Source: an uncultured Lentisphaeraceae bacterium
Lineage (GTDB): Bacteria > Verrucomicrobiota > Kiritimatiellia > RFP12 > DVOR01
Assembly (NCBI GenBank): GCA_949288955.1
Contig: CASEMS010000002.1
Coordinates: 6,490-70,489, forward strand
Reading direction: 5' to 3'
DNA: 64,000 bases
Positions 47,111-56,659 of the stretch are shown piece by piece (positions within the stretch are counted from its first letter, which is position 1; the number at the start of each line of letters is the position of its first letter). Under the pieces are notes generated by a model, which had not been told where the DNA came from, searched no databases, and worked only from the letters and a program-made list of their open reading frames with translations. A program made the position numbers and the translations under genes.

Positions 47111-48430
47111 ATGCGGGATTTCCTGGGGCGGTTGGCGGCACGGCGGCGTTTCGGCGTGCGCCCGGGGTTGGAGACGATGCGGACGCTGTGCGCGGCGTTG
47201 GGGAACCCCGAGCGGGAGCTGGCGGCGATCCATGTGGCGGGGACGAACGGCAAGGGAAGCGTGACGGCGATCTGCGAGGCGGCCTTGCGCACGATGGGCC
47301 TGCGCGTGGGACGCTACACCTCGCCGCACCTGGTGCGGGTGAACGAACGCTTCGTGCTGGATGGGCGGGAGGCGACGGACGAGGAGCTGGGCGCGGCGTT
47401 GGACGAGGTGGAGGCGGCGTGCGCGCGGGCGGGGGTGGAGCCGACCTTCTTCGAGGCGCTGACGGCGTGCGCCTTCGTGCTCTTCCGTCGGGCGGGAATC
47501 CGCCTGGCGGTGTTGGAGGTGGGGATGGGTGGGCGGTGGGACGCCACGAACGTGATCGAGGCGCCGTTGGTCTCGGTGATCACGCGCGTGGCCTTGGACC
47601 ATTGCGCGGTGCTGGGGGAGACGGTGGAGGCCATCGCCGCGGAGAAGGCGGGCATCGTCAAGCCGGGGCGCCCGGTGGTGATCGGGGCGATGGACCCGCG
47701 GGCGAAGGCGGCGATCGCGCGCCGGGCGGCGGAGCTGGGCGCGCCGCTGCACGACGCGGCGGAGGAGATCCGCGTGGAGGCGAGCCGCCGGACGGTGCAT
47801 GGGCAGACGCTGACGTGCGCGAGCCCGGCACGGGATTACCCGGCGGCGCTGACGCGCCTGGCGGGGAGTTACCAGGCGGAGAACGCGGCGACGGCGCTGT
47901 GCGCGTTGGAGCGGCTGGGGGAGCAGGGGCTGGAGGTGCCGCCAAAGGCCTTCGCCGAGGGGCTGCGGACGGTGTCGTGGCCGGGGCGCTGCCAACTGGT
48001 CGCGGCGGACCCGCCGACCTTCCTGGACGGCGGGCACAACCCGGACGCGCTGCGGGCGCTGCGCCAGGCCTTGCAGTCGATGCACGTGCGGCGGCGGGTG
48101 GCCCTGGTCTGCGGCTTCTGCGCGGACAAGGCGGTGGGGGACGCGCTGCGGGAGATCGCCCCGATCGTCTCGGCGGCGTGGGCGGTGCCCTTGGCGAACG
48201 AGCGGGGGCTGCCGCCGGAGGCCTTGGCGGAGACCCTGCGCCAGCGCGGCATCCGCCAGACGCACGTGGCGGCCACGGTGGCCGAGGGGTTGGAGGGCGC
48301 CACGGCCTGGGCGCAGGACAATCAGGGGACGGTGCTGGTCTGCGGCTCGCTCTTCCTGGTGGGGGAGGTGCTGGCGCTGGGGGAGGGCGCGGAGGGGATC
48401 GACCCGAGCGAGGCCCTGCGTGCGCATTGA
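47111..48430 (+). CDS. folC: Folylpolyglutamate synthase/dihydrofolate synthase
   Basis: HVAGTNGKGS, YTSPHL, TFFE, EVGMGGRWDATN, EKAGI, DGGHNP, GSLFLVG. Confidence 0.95.
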   Translation: MRDFLGRLAARRRFGVRPGLETMRTLCAALGNPERELAAIHVAGTNGKGSVTAICEAALRTMGLRVGRYTSPHLVRVNERFVLDGREATDEELGAALDEVEAACARAGVEPTFFEALTACAFVLFRRAGIRLAVLEVGMGGRWDATNVIEAPLVSVITRVALDHCAVLGETVEAIAAEKAGIVKPGRPVVIGAMDPRAKAAIARRAAELGAPLHDAAEEIRVEASRRTVHGQTLTCASPARDYPAALTRLAGSYQAENAATALCALERLGEQGLEVPPKAFAEGLRTVSWPGRCQLVAADPPTFLDGGHNPDALRALRQALQSMHVRRRVALVCGFCADKAVGDALREIAPIVSAAWAVPLANERGLPPEALAETLRQRGIRQTHVAATVAEGLEGATAWAQDNQGTVLVCGSLFLVGEVLALGEGAEGIDPSEALRAH

Positions 48431-49169
48431 CCCGCCGGTGGACAAGGACATCCGCTGGGTCTACGAGGACGCGCGGATGCTCGTGGTGGACAAACCGGCC
48501 GACCTGCCCGTCCACAGCAGCGGAAGCTACCGCCTGAACACCCTGGAGCGCCTCTTGCGCCTCTACCGCCCGGGCAACACCATCCACCTCGTCTCCCGTC
48601 TGGACCGCGAGACAAGCGGCTTGGTCCTGGTGGCGAAGGACCCGGAGATGGCGGCCATCCTGGGCAAGGCGCCGAAGCGGAAGGTCTACCACGTGCTGGT
48701 CGAGGGGCGTTTCCCCGAGGGGCGGCTCTGCGCCGCCGGCGCCATCCGCCGCACCAACGCCCCGCCGGTCTACTCCATGCGCGTGCTGGAAGGGGCCACC
48801 CTCACCCCCACCCTGCCGCCCCTCCCCGACGACCGCGGCGCGGCCACCTGGTTCGAGCGCCTCGGCGAAGGCCCGTGGCCGGGCACCAGCCTGCTCCGCG
48901 CGGAGTTGGTGACCGGCCGCACCCACCAAATCCGCGCCAGCCTGCGTTCCCTCGGCTTCCCCGTGGTGGGCGACAAGGTCTACGGCCCCGACCCCGAGAT
49001 CTTCCTGCGCTTCCGCGAGGACGCGCTGACGGCGGCCGACCGCCAAGCCCTCCGCCTGCCCAACCAAGCCCTCCGCGCCGTGGCGCTGGAGGTCCTCGGC
49101 CGCAGCTTCCGCACCGTCCGCCCCCCTTGGCGCGCGCAGGACGGGCGGGACTTCCGCGCACACGGCTGA
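48420..49169 (+). CDS. RluA-family pseudouridine synthase
   Basis: VDKPA, RLDRETSG, TGRTHQIR, PVVGDKVY. Confidence 0.9.
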   Translation: MRIDPPVDKDIRWVYEDARMLVVDKPADLPVHSSGSYRLNTLERLLRLYRPGNTIHLVSRLDRETSGLVLVAKDPEMAAILGKAPKRKVYHVLVEGRFPEGRLCAAGAIRRTNAPPVYSMRVLEGATLTPTLPPLPDDRGAATWFERLGEGPWPGTSLLRAELVTGRTHQIRASLRSLGFPVVGDKVYGPDPEIFLRFREDALTAADRQALRLPNQALRAVALEVLGRSFRTVRPPWRAQDGRDFRAHG

Positions 49170-49177
49170 ACCGGGCA

Positions 49178-49219
49178 TAAAAAAGCCCCCGACCGAGCAA
49201 TCGGTCGGGGGCTTTTTTG
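49178..49219. terminator. Bidirectional-type intrinsic terminator
   Basis: AAAAAGCCCCCGACCGA-GCAA-TCGGTCGGGGGCTTTTTT. Confidence 0.88.
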
Positions 49220-49239
49220 TACCCTGCGGGCGGGCGTCT

Positions 49240-49303
49240 GGCGGATCGGCGGCTAACCCGAGGTGGATCAGCCGCTGACCCGAGGTGGATTGGCCGCCGA
49301 GCC
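49240..49303 (+). repeat. 22-bp GATC array (about 3 units)
   Basis: GCTAACCCGAGGTGGATCAGCC GCTGACCCGAGGTGGATTGGCC. Confidence 0.8.
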
Positions 49304-49402
49304 GTTTCGGGGTGGCGGCCCCAGGGCACCCCCACGGCCGCGCCGAAAAACGGTGGGGCTTGTGAGACGGCGGGGGATTTGGTACAATGCGTCCGTTTTC
49401 GT

Positions 49403-49479
49403 GCGATAGTAGCTCAATTGGATAGAGCGTTGGCCTCCGAAGCCAAAGGTTGCGGGTTCGATTCCCGCCTTTCGCACCA
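49403..49479 (+). tRNA. tRNA-Arg(CCG)
   Basis: GCGATAG/CTTTCGC acceptor stem, TTGGC-CTCCGAA-GCCAA anticodon arm, TTCGA, CCA end. Confidence 0.93.
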
Positions 49480-49506
49480 TTTCTTTTTCCCGGGAGAGCA
49501 AGCGTC

Positions 49507-50760
49507 ATGGCTGTGGATTTCAAGGCGGCATACAAGACGGTGATGGACGATCATTTCGCGCCGACGCTGGAGATTTCGTTCGTGGATGGGGGGCGCCGCC
49601 AGACGCTCGTCTACGAAAAGGTGGCGTGGACGATCGACGGGGTGCGCAAGGGCCTGCGCTACGGCGAGAACCCGGGGCAGGAGGCGGCGATGTACCGCCT
49701 GACGAACGGCAACCTGACGATCGGCGCGGTGGAGACGATCCTGCCGGGGCGGGCGTTGGTGACGGACGCGGAGCTGCTCCAGTTCGGCAAGCACCCGGGC
49801 AAGATCAATCTGACGGACGCGGACAACGCGCTGAACATCCTGCGCTTCCTCTCGGCCACGCCGTGCGCGGTGATCGTGAAGCACAACAACCCCTGCGGCG
49901 TGGCCAAGGGCGCCACCCTCGCCGAGGCCTACGACCGCGCGAACAAGGCGGACATCCTGGCGGCCTTCGGCGGCTGCATCGCGCTGAACCGCACGTGCGA
50001 CCGGGAGACGGCGGAGCTGATCACCCGCAATTACGCCGAGGTGGTGGTGGCGCCGGACTTCGAGGATGGCGCGCTGGCGCTCTTCGCGGCGAAGAAGAAC
50101 CTGCGCGTGATGCGCATCGGCGAGATGGCCCGCCTGGAGACCTACGCGGCGGAGCGCTTCGTGGACTTCAAGAGCCTGATGGATGGCGGCCTCATCGCCC
50201 AGCTGAGCTATCTGCCCGAGGCGCGGACGACGGACGCCTTCATCCTGCCCGAGGTGGTGGACAAGCAGGGGGTGACCCACACGATCGCACGCAAGCCGAC
50301 GGCCAAGGAGCTGGATGACCTGCTCTTCGGTTGGCTGGTGGAGAGCGGGGTGACCTCGAACTCGGTGCTCTTCGTGAAGGACGGGGTGACCGTGGGCATC
50401 GGCACCGGGGAGCAGGATCGCGTGGGGGTGGCGGAGATCGCCCGCGACAAGGCCTATCGCAAACTGGCCGACCGTTACGCGCGGGAGACCTACGGCACGC
50501 CCTACAACGAATTGGCCGACGCCTCCAAGCAGGCGGCGTGCGACGCCTTCGCCAAAGAGACGAACGGCGGCCTGAAGGGCGCGGCGATGGTCTCCGACGC
50601 CTTCTTCCCCTTCCGCGACGGCGTGGAGGTGGGCATCCGCGAGGGCGTCTCGGCGGTGGTGCAGCCCGGCGGCGCCATCCGCGACTGGGACATCATCGAT
50701 TGCTGCAACGAGCACGGCGTGGCGATGGTCTTCACGGGCCAGCGCAGCTTCCGCCACTGA
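49507..50760 (+). CDS. purH: PurH-like AICAR transformylase lacking the N-terminal IMP cyclohydrolase (MGS-like) domain
   Basis: LRYGENP.Q, KHNNPCGVA, AFGG, SN, SDAFFPF, QPGG, FTG.R.FRH. Confidence 0.85.
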   Translation: MAVDFKAAYKTVMDDHFAPTLEISFVDGGRRQTLVYEKVAWTIDGVRKGLRYGENPGQEAAMYRLTNGNLTIGAVETILPGRALVTDAELLQFGKHPGKINLTDADNALNILRFLSATPCAVIVKHNNPCGVAKGATLAEAYDRANKADILAAFGGCIALNRTCDRETAELITRNYAEVVVAPDFEDGALALFAAKKNLRVMRIGEMARLETYAAERFVDFKSLMDGGLIAQLSYLPEARTTDAFILPEVVDKQGVTHTIARKPTAKELDDLLFGWLVESGVTSNSVLFVKDGVTVGIGTGEQDRVGVAEIARDKAYRKLADRYARETYGTPYNELADASKQAACDAFAKETNGGLKGAAMVSDAFFPFRDGVEVGIREGVSAVVQPGGAIRDWDIIDCCNEHGVAMVFTGQRSFRH

Positions 50761-50770
50761 GGGCACGGCG

Positions 50771-51367
50771 ATGCGGCGGGCCTGCATGGCGTTGGGACTG
50801 GTTGGGGCGTGCCTGCTCTGCGGGTGCGCGGCCACGATGGAGCGGTACGCGAACCCGGACGCGCTCACGATGCGCAGCCCCGTGTCGAACGCGCGGTCGC
50901 TGGACATCCCCAAACGTTTCTTCGACGACGAGCTCCCGGCGCGCTTCCAGCACAAGGGCATCGGCATCATCAACGACCAGGAGACCTTCCTCCGCCTCTG
51001 GGCGGCCTACAACACCACGGACACGACGGCCCTGCCCCCCTCCATCGACTTCGAGAACTTCGTGGTGCTCTTCATCTATGACCCGGAGTATTACAACCGC
51101 ATCTTCATCCGCGGCCTGAATGTCTGGGAGGGCATCGCCAACCCCATCGTCGAGCGCACCAACTGGAAGCTCTCCATCGGCGGAGACCCCAAGATGCGCG
51201 AGATCCGCGAGAAGCAGGGCCTCTCCGTGCCCGAGCCCAAGGTGAACGTGGGGCTGTTGGAGCTGCTGCGCAACAAGCCCGGGCGCCCCGGCGTCACGGC
51301 GGTGTTGGTGGAAGGTGCGGAAGACCCCGCCGACAGCCTCGTCATCCCCGTCCCGGAGGCCCCCTGA
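50771..51367 (+). CDS. Putative lipoprotein
   Basis: Lipobox-like LCGC after a hydrophobic stretch; coding-like codon use. Confidence 0.7.
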   Translation: MRRACMALGLVGACLLCGCAATMERYANPDALTMRSPVSNARSLDIPKRFFDDELPARFQHKGIGIINDQETFLRLWAAYNTTDTTALPPSIDFENFVVLFIYDPEYYNRIFIRGLNVWEGIANPIVERTNWKLSIGGDPKMREIREKQGLSVPEPKVNVGLLELLRNKPGRPGVTAVLVEGAEDPADSLVIPVPEAP

Positions 51368-52086
51368 TGCACCGCCAGCTCACATTCCGCCAGGCCTGTG
51401 AGCGCCTCCGCATCCCCGAGCAGACCCTCCGCGACGCGGTGAAATACGGCGAGGTGCCCTGCCGCCGGCAAGGCGACGAGGTGGTCTTCGACGCCGACGA
51501 GCTGGCCGCCTGGGGATCCCGCCGCATCCTCGCCCTGCGCGAGCGCGACCTCCTCCCCGAGCACGCCGCCTCCACCCGCCTGGAGGCCCGCACCCCCGCC
51601 GAGGACACCCTCCTGCCGCAGCTCCTCAAGCCCACCTACGTCGACCTCGACTTCCGCGCCAAGACCCGGAAAAGCGTCATCCGCGACCTCGTGGACATGG
51701 CCGACGGCCTGGAGCTGCTCTGCGACCCCACCGACCTCCTCCGCCAGTTGGAGGAGCGCGAGGCCGTCTCCTCCACCGCCCTCCCCGGCGGCATCGCCCT
51801 CCCGCACCCCCACCATCCCGACCCCTACCTGATCATGGAGCCGTTCATGTTGGTGGCGCGCGCCCGCAAGCCCATCTGGTTCGGCGCGGACGACGATGCG
51901 CCGACCGACCTCTTCTGCCTCCTCTGCTGCGGCGAGAACATGCGCCACCTCCACGTCCTCGCCCGCCTCTGCATGATGATCCGCGAGACGGACTTCCTCG
52001 AAGCCGTCCGCGCCGCCGAGACCCCCGAGGCCGTGACCGAGGCCGCCTTCGCCGCCGAGCGCGCCGTCCTCGCCAAACTCCGCTGA
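51367..52086 (+). CDS. Excisionase-like HTH fused to a PTS EIIA (Ntr/Fru-type) domain
   Basis: LT...ACERL.I HTH; RE...ST...GIALPH; HLHVLARL. Confidence 0.85.
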   Translation: MHRQLTFRQACERLRIPEQTLRDAVKYGEVPCRRQGDEVVFDADELAAWGSRRILALRERDLLPEHAASTRLEARTPAEDTLLPQLLKPTYVDLDFRAKTRKSVIRDLVDMADGLELLCDPTDLLRQLEEREAVSSTALPGGIALPHPHHPDPYLIMEPFMLVARARKPIWFGADDDAPTDLFCLLCCGENMRHLHVLARLCMMIRETDFLEAVRAAETPEAVTEAAFAAERAVLAKLR

Positions 52087-52158
52087 CACCCGCGGCCCGA
52101 CCGCACGACGCCCCGCACCGAGAGACAGGCCGGGGCGTAGTGTGCTATACTGTCCTTT

Positions 52159-54330
52159 ATGGCACACACGGACAGCGATGAGGCCCCTTGGGCGCTTGCC
52201 CCCGGCGAGCGGGTGGGCGACTGGCGCGTCGTGGCGCGCCTTGGCCGCGGCGGCATGGGCGAGGTCTACGCCGTCGAGGGCCAGGAACCCGGCCCCAAAC
52301 TGGCCCTCAAGCTGTTCACGGCCGAGGGGCGGGACGCGGCCTTCCTGCGCCAACGCTTCGGCGACATGGGCCGCGCCTTGCAGACGTTGGGGCACCCACG
52401 GGTGGTCAGGGTGTCGCAAACGGGCGAGCTGTGGGCGAAAGGGCGCCAATGGCCGTTCGTGCTCATGGCGTTGGTGGGAGTGACGCCCGAGGTGCGCGCG
52501 GAGGCGTTGCGCGCCCCCTCGGCCCTGCTCGACGCCCCCGAGCCGCCGCCCGAGGCCGAGTTGGTCTCCCTCACCGCCGCCGACCTGCTCGCCACCCCCG
52601 GCTCCCTCCCCGCGCCCCTCTTGGAGCGTCTGTGGGCGGACGCCGCCGGGGCGCTCCGTTGGCTCCACGCGCAGGGCATCGTCCACGGCGACATCAAACC
52701 CGCCAACCTGCTGCTCTCCGCCGGGGGCCATGCCACCTTGGCGGATTTCGGCTTGGCGCGCATCCAGGAGGAGGCCTCCCGGCCAGTGGGTTACGAGCCG
52801 ACCCTGCCCGATCTGCGCGAGGCCATCCGCGGCACCCCCGAGTATCTGGCGCCCGAGCTCCTCCGCGGCGGGGCGCCCACCCCGGCGGCCGACCTCTATG
52901 CGCTGGGGCTCACCTTCTTCCTCCTGCGCACCGGCGTCCCCTACGTCGATGGCCCCGTCACCCGCCTGCTGCTGGAGGGGGATCTCCCCCTCTCCTGGCG
53001 TGGGCGTTTCCAAGCCCTGCTCTGCCACGACCCCGCGGCCCGCCATTGGCCCGACACCTCGCGGTTCGTCTCCCGGCGCGTGGCCTTGGCCCTCGGCGGC
53101 GCGGCGTTGCTGGGCGCCTTCGGCGGCGGCGCGTGGGCGGCGTGGGCGGCGTGGCGCGCGCCCGCGCGCCGTTGGGCCAGAGGCGAGCCCCTGGCCCTTG
53201 GGATCGGCGAGCGCGCCTCGGTGGGGCAGCCCCTCGGCACCACGTTGCCCCCGCTGGTCCTTGGCAGAGGGGCGGGGCTCACCTTCGCGCTCGGCGGCGG
53301 CTCGTGGCGGTTGGGCGAGGCGAGCATCGACGAGACGGCCACCCTGACGCTCCGAGGGCCGGGCAGCCTCCTCTTCCCCCGGGGCGAGCGGCACGCCTTC
53401 CGCGGGCGCCTCCGTCTCACCGAGGGCGCCACCGCGCACTTCGAGAGCAAAAGCCAGGGCAAGCCCGCCGTCGCCGTCGAGCGTGGGGCGACCCTCTCCA
53501 TGAACACCGGGAACAACCGTTACGCCAGCGAACAGTTCCGCGAGATCGATCTCTCGCGCGGCGGGAGCTTCCGCTCCGACGGCCGCCGCCTCTACCTGGA
53601 TTACCGCCCGCCCCTCGCCGTCCGCCTCGGGCAGGGCGCACGGTTCGCGGGGGACATCGTGGCCTGCGGGGCGCGCGTCCATGCCGAGAGCGGCGACTGC
53701 CGGTTGGAGGGGCGCGGGCTTTATCTCTGGTCGGGGCTGGCGCTTTCCGCCGCCAAGGGCGCCACCCTCACCTTCGATGGCGGGCTCTTCATGTATGACT
53801 ACTGGAAGACGTGCAGCCTCGACGTCTCCGAGAACGCCGGGACGGTCATCCTCGCCTGCCCCACCTTCCGCCCCCTCTGCGCGGTGAACCTCCGCTCCGG
53901 GCGCACCGTGCTCCGCACCAAGGCCGCACAGGACGTCAAGGGCAATTGGTGCCGCAAGAAGACCTGCCAGGATTGGCACCTCGCCGCGGGCGCCACCCTC
54001 GCCGGCACGGGCGGCGTAACCTTTTCGCCCACCACGTGCCTGCGGGTGGCCTCGGGCGGCATCCTCGAAGGCGGCGAGGGCGACGCAGGCACGCTGACTC
54101 TCTCGCGCGCCCACCTGGCCTCCGGGGCGATCCTGGACTGCCGCGGCGGGCGTTTGGCCTTCGGCTGGCTGGCGGGCGAGGGCGTCGTCTCCCTCCGTTG
54201 CGGAGGCGCCGCGCCCGGCCCGCTCTTCACCTGGGAATCCGCCCTTGACCCCCTCCCCACCTTCCGGGCCGAGGATCTTCCCCCCGGCCATTCCCTGCGC
54301 GTGGGGGCAAACGCCGTGGAATTGGCATGA
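52159..54330 (+). CDS. Hanks-type Ser/Thr kinase with a TM helix and an extracytoplasmic beta-helix-like domain
   Basis: LGRGGMGEVY, ALK, HGDIKPAN, DFGLA, GTPEYLAPE; then a TM and autotransporter-passenger-like GATLAGTG repeats. Confidence 0.88.
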   Translation: MAHTDSDEAPWALAPGERVGDWRVVARLGRGGMGEVYAVEGQEPGPKLALKLFTAEGRDAAFLRQRFGDMGRALQTLGHPRVVRVSQTGELWAKGRQWPFVLMALVGVTPEVRAEALRAPSALLDAPEPPPEAELVSLTAADLLATPGSLPAPLLERLWADAAGALRWLHAQGIVHGDIKPANLLLSAGGHATLADFGLARIQEEASRPVGYEPTLPDLREAIRGTPEYLAPELLRGGAPTPAADLYALGLTFFLLRTGVPYVDGPVTRLLLEGDLPLSWRGRFQALLCHDPAARHWPDTSRFVSRRVALALGGAALLGAFGGGAWAAWAAWRAPARRWARGEPLALGIGERASVGQPLGTTLPPLVLGRGAGLTFALGGGSWRLGEASIDETATLTLRGPGSLLFPRGERHAFRGRLRLTEGATAHFESKSQGKPAVAVERGATLSMNTGNNRYASEQFREIDLSRGGSFRSDGRRLYLDYRPPLAVRLGQGARFAGDIVACGARVHAESGDCRLEGRGLYLWSGLALSAAKGATLTFDGGLFMYDYWKTCSLDVSENAGTVILACPTFRPLCAVNLRSGRTVLRTKAAQDVKGNWCRKKTCQDWHLAAGATLAGTGGVTFSPTTCLRVASGGILEGGEGDAGTLTLSRAHLASGAILDCRGGRLAFGWLAGEGVVSLRCGGAAPGPLFTWESALDPLPTFRAEDLPPGHSLRVGANAVELA

Positions 54331-54923
54331 TGAGACCCCCCGAGACCCCCAAGACCCTTCTGCGCAACCTCTCGGATCCCGCCGCGGAGGACCTCCACTG
54401 GTCGCGCCTCGTCGCCCTCTACACCCCCGTGGTCTCCGCCTGGCTGCGTCTGCGCGGGCTGCGGGACGACGCGTTGGAGGAGGGGACGCAGGATGTCTTC
54501 GTGCGCTTGGTGCGTGTGCTGCGCACCTCGCCGCACGACCCCGCCCGCGCACACTTCCGCACCTACCTGGGATGCGTCGTCGACAGCGTGGCCCGCGACC
54601 GTCTCCGCCGCCTCCGCGCCGACCGCGCCCGCCTGGCCGAGGCGTGGCATAACGGCGAGAGCGTGGTGCAACCCGAGCTCCCCATCGACGAACGCTTGGA
54701 CGCGCAATTCCGGCTGGCCGCTTACGAGGTGGTGGTGGGCCGCCTCCGCCGCTCGCCCGACCTCAGCCCCCTCCAACGCGAGGTGCTGGAATCCTGCATC
54801 CTCGGCTGCGAACGCCCCCGCGACGTCGCCAAGCGCCTTGGGCGCCTCGCCAACACCGTCGTCCAAACCCGACGCCGCCTGCTCCGCACCATCCGCGCGG
54901 AGGTCGACGCCCTGTGCGAATGA
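54327..54923 (+). CDS. ECF sigma factor of planctomycete type
   Basis: TPKTLLRNL...W.RLVALY.P, QDVF, FRTYL, region-4 HTH; ATGA overlap with the kinase. Confidence 0.8.
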   Translation: MMRPPETPKTLLRNLSDPAAEDLHWSRLVALYTPVVSAWLRLRGLRDDALEEGTQDVFVRLVRVLRTSPHDPARAHFRTYLGCVVDSVARDRLRRLRADRARLAEAWHNGESVVQPELPIDERLDAQFRLAAYEVVVGRLRRSPDLSPLQREVLESCILGCERPRDVAKRLGRLANTVVQTRRRLLRTIRAEVDALCE

Positions 54924-55024
54924 GCCGCGCCACCGAACGCCCTCCCCATCCCGCCGATTGGCGAAAGGACAAAAGAGGCGACGCGCCTTGCCCGGATTTG
55001 CTATACTGCGCGCTAACCCTTTCA

Positions 55025-55101
55025 CGGAGCGTAGCGCAGCCTGGTAGCGCATCTGCTTTGGGAGCAGAGTGTCGGGGGTTCAAATCCCCCCGCTCCGACC
55101 A
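55025..55101 (+). tRNA. tRNA-Pro(TGG)
   Basis: CGGAGCG acceptor stem, anticodon loop TTTGGGA, GGTTCAAATCC, CCA end. Confidence 0.95.
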
Positions 55102-55255
55102 TTTCCCCTCGAACGCCGCGTGCCCAACGATCGCCTCTCCCAGATTGCCCGCCACCATGCGTCTTCCCGTGTGGCCGCCACGCCTGATTTTCGGGCAACG
55201 GTTGCACGGCGCGGACGAGCTTTGCTAAACTGTGCCCATAGCCAAGGAGGTTCCC

Positions 55256-55714
55256 ATGGAAGACGAGAAGTTGGATGAGAAGCTGAACGAGGCGCCCGTC
55301 ACGGACGAGGACGTCGAGATCATGCCCACGGACATCGTGTTCGACTGCCCGGTGTGCGGCCACAACCTGGTGGTGGACTATCGCGCGGCGGGCCTTCAGG
55401 TGCCTTGCTCGTCGTGCGGGAGCATCATCCAGGTGCCCATCCCCGAGAACATGCATTTGGAGGACTTGGACTGCGACCCCGGCGAACTGCTCCAGCAGCT
55501 GCTCCAGACGCGCCGGATGCTCGTCAAGGCCGAGGCCGCCGCCCAACAGGCCGGGGAGAAGGTGGTGGAGCTAACCCAGCAGCTGGCCGATTACCGCAAG
55601 ACGCTCCTGGCCGTCAAGGGCCGCGTGGAGACCTTGCAGGAGGCGGCCGACCTGGCGAACGCCACCCGCCAGGACGTGCTGGACATCATCGCCTCGGCCG
55701 GCGGGGGCAAATAA
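55256..55714 (+). CDS. Hypothetical Zn-ribbon plus coiled-coil protein
   Basis: CPVCG...CSSCG followed by a coiled coil; SD AAGGAGG. Confidence 0.8.
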   Translation: MEDEKLDEKLNEAPVTDEDVEIMPTDIVFDCPVCGHNLVVDYRAAGLQVPCSSCGSIIQVPIPENMHLEDLDCDPGELLQQLLQTRRMLVKAEAAAQQAGEKVVELTQQLADYRKTLLAVKGRVETLQEAADLANATRQDVLDIIASAGGGK

Positions 55715-55719
55715 GCCGC

Positions 55720-56655
55720 ATGAAGCCCAAGATTCGTTTCCGGCATCGCCTGGAATATGCGGGCCTGCGCACGGTGCAGGCCCTGCTGACGGCTTTCCCG
55801 ATCGCCTGGGTGGGGGCCGCCGCCAAGGGGATCCTGCGCGTGGTCTTCCGCCTGTGCTGGCCGGTGCGGGCGGAGACGGTATCGCGCGTGCGGGAGGTCT
55901 TCGGCCCGGAGACCCCGATCGCCGTCTGCCGGGAGATCGCGCGCACCTCCGTCTGGAACCTGCTGATGAACTTCGTGGAGATCTTCCACGCGGGGCGGAT
56001 GGACGCGGATTACCTGCGGGCGCACATGGAGGGCACCGACGCGGCCAAGGCCACGCTCCAGGCGCTCATCGACAAGCACGGGGGCGTGGTCATCGCCCTG
56101 CCGCACATGGGCAACTGGGATTTGGCGGGCGTGGCGTGCGCGCACTTCGGCATCCCGCTGATGGCGTTGGCGCGCGCCCAGAACAACCCCTTGGTGGAGG
56201 CGTGGCTGGTGCGCAACCGCCTGGGCAACTTCGAGGCCGTCGACCGCCGCTACCCCAGCTCCTTCGTGCGCATCGCCCACCATCTCAAGAGCGGCGGCGC
56301 CTTCGCCATCCTGCCCGACGTGCGGCACAACAAGCCCGGCGTGGGCGTCACCGTCTTCGGCAAGCCGGACGTCCAGCTCGGCAAGGGCATGGCCAAGTTC
56401 GCCCGCATGGCCAACGTGCCCATCGTCCCCTTCTTCATGGAGCGCCTCGACGCCTCGCACCATCGCCTCACCTTGGGCGACCCCATCCTCCCCGACCTGG
56501 AGGCCGACGCCGAGGCCGACGCCAAGCGCCTCACACAGGCGGTCTGGGATCTCTTCGAGCGGCGCATCCGAGCCAACCCGGGGCAATGGTTCTGGCACAA
56601 CCGCCGCTGGATCCTCACCCCGCTCTACACCCAGACCCGCCACAAACACGGATAA
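55720..56655 (+). CDS. Lipid A / lysophospholipid acyltransferase (LpxL/HtrB family)
   Basis: HMGNWD (HX4D), NNP, PD, P.QWFW..RRW. Confidence 0.85.
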   Translation: MKPKIRFRHRLEYAGLRTVQALLTAFPIAWVGAAAKGILRVVFRLCWPVRAETVSRVREVFGPETPIAVCREIARTSVWNLLMNFVEIFHAGRMDADYLRAHMEGTDAAKATLQALIDKHGGVVIALPHMGNWDLAGVACAHFGIPLMALARAQNNPLVEAWLVRNRLGNFEAVDRRYPSSFVRIAHHLKSGGAFAILPDVRHNKPGVGVTVFGKPDVQLGKGMAKFARMANVPIVPFFMERLDASHHRLTLGDPILPDLEADAEADAKRLTQAVWDLFERRIRANPGQWFWHNRRWILTPLYTQTRHKHG

Positions 56656-56659
56656 GACC

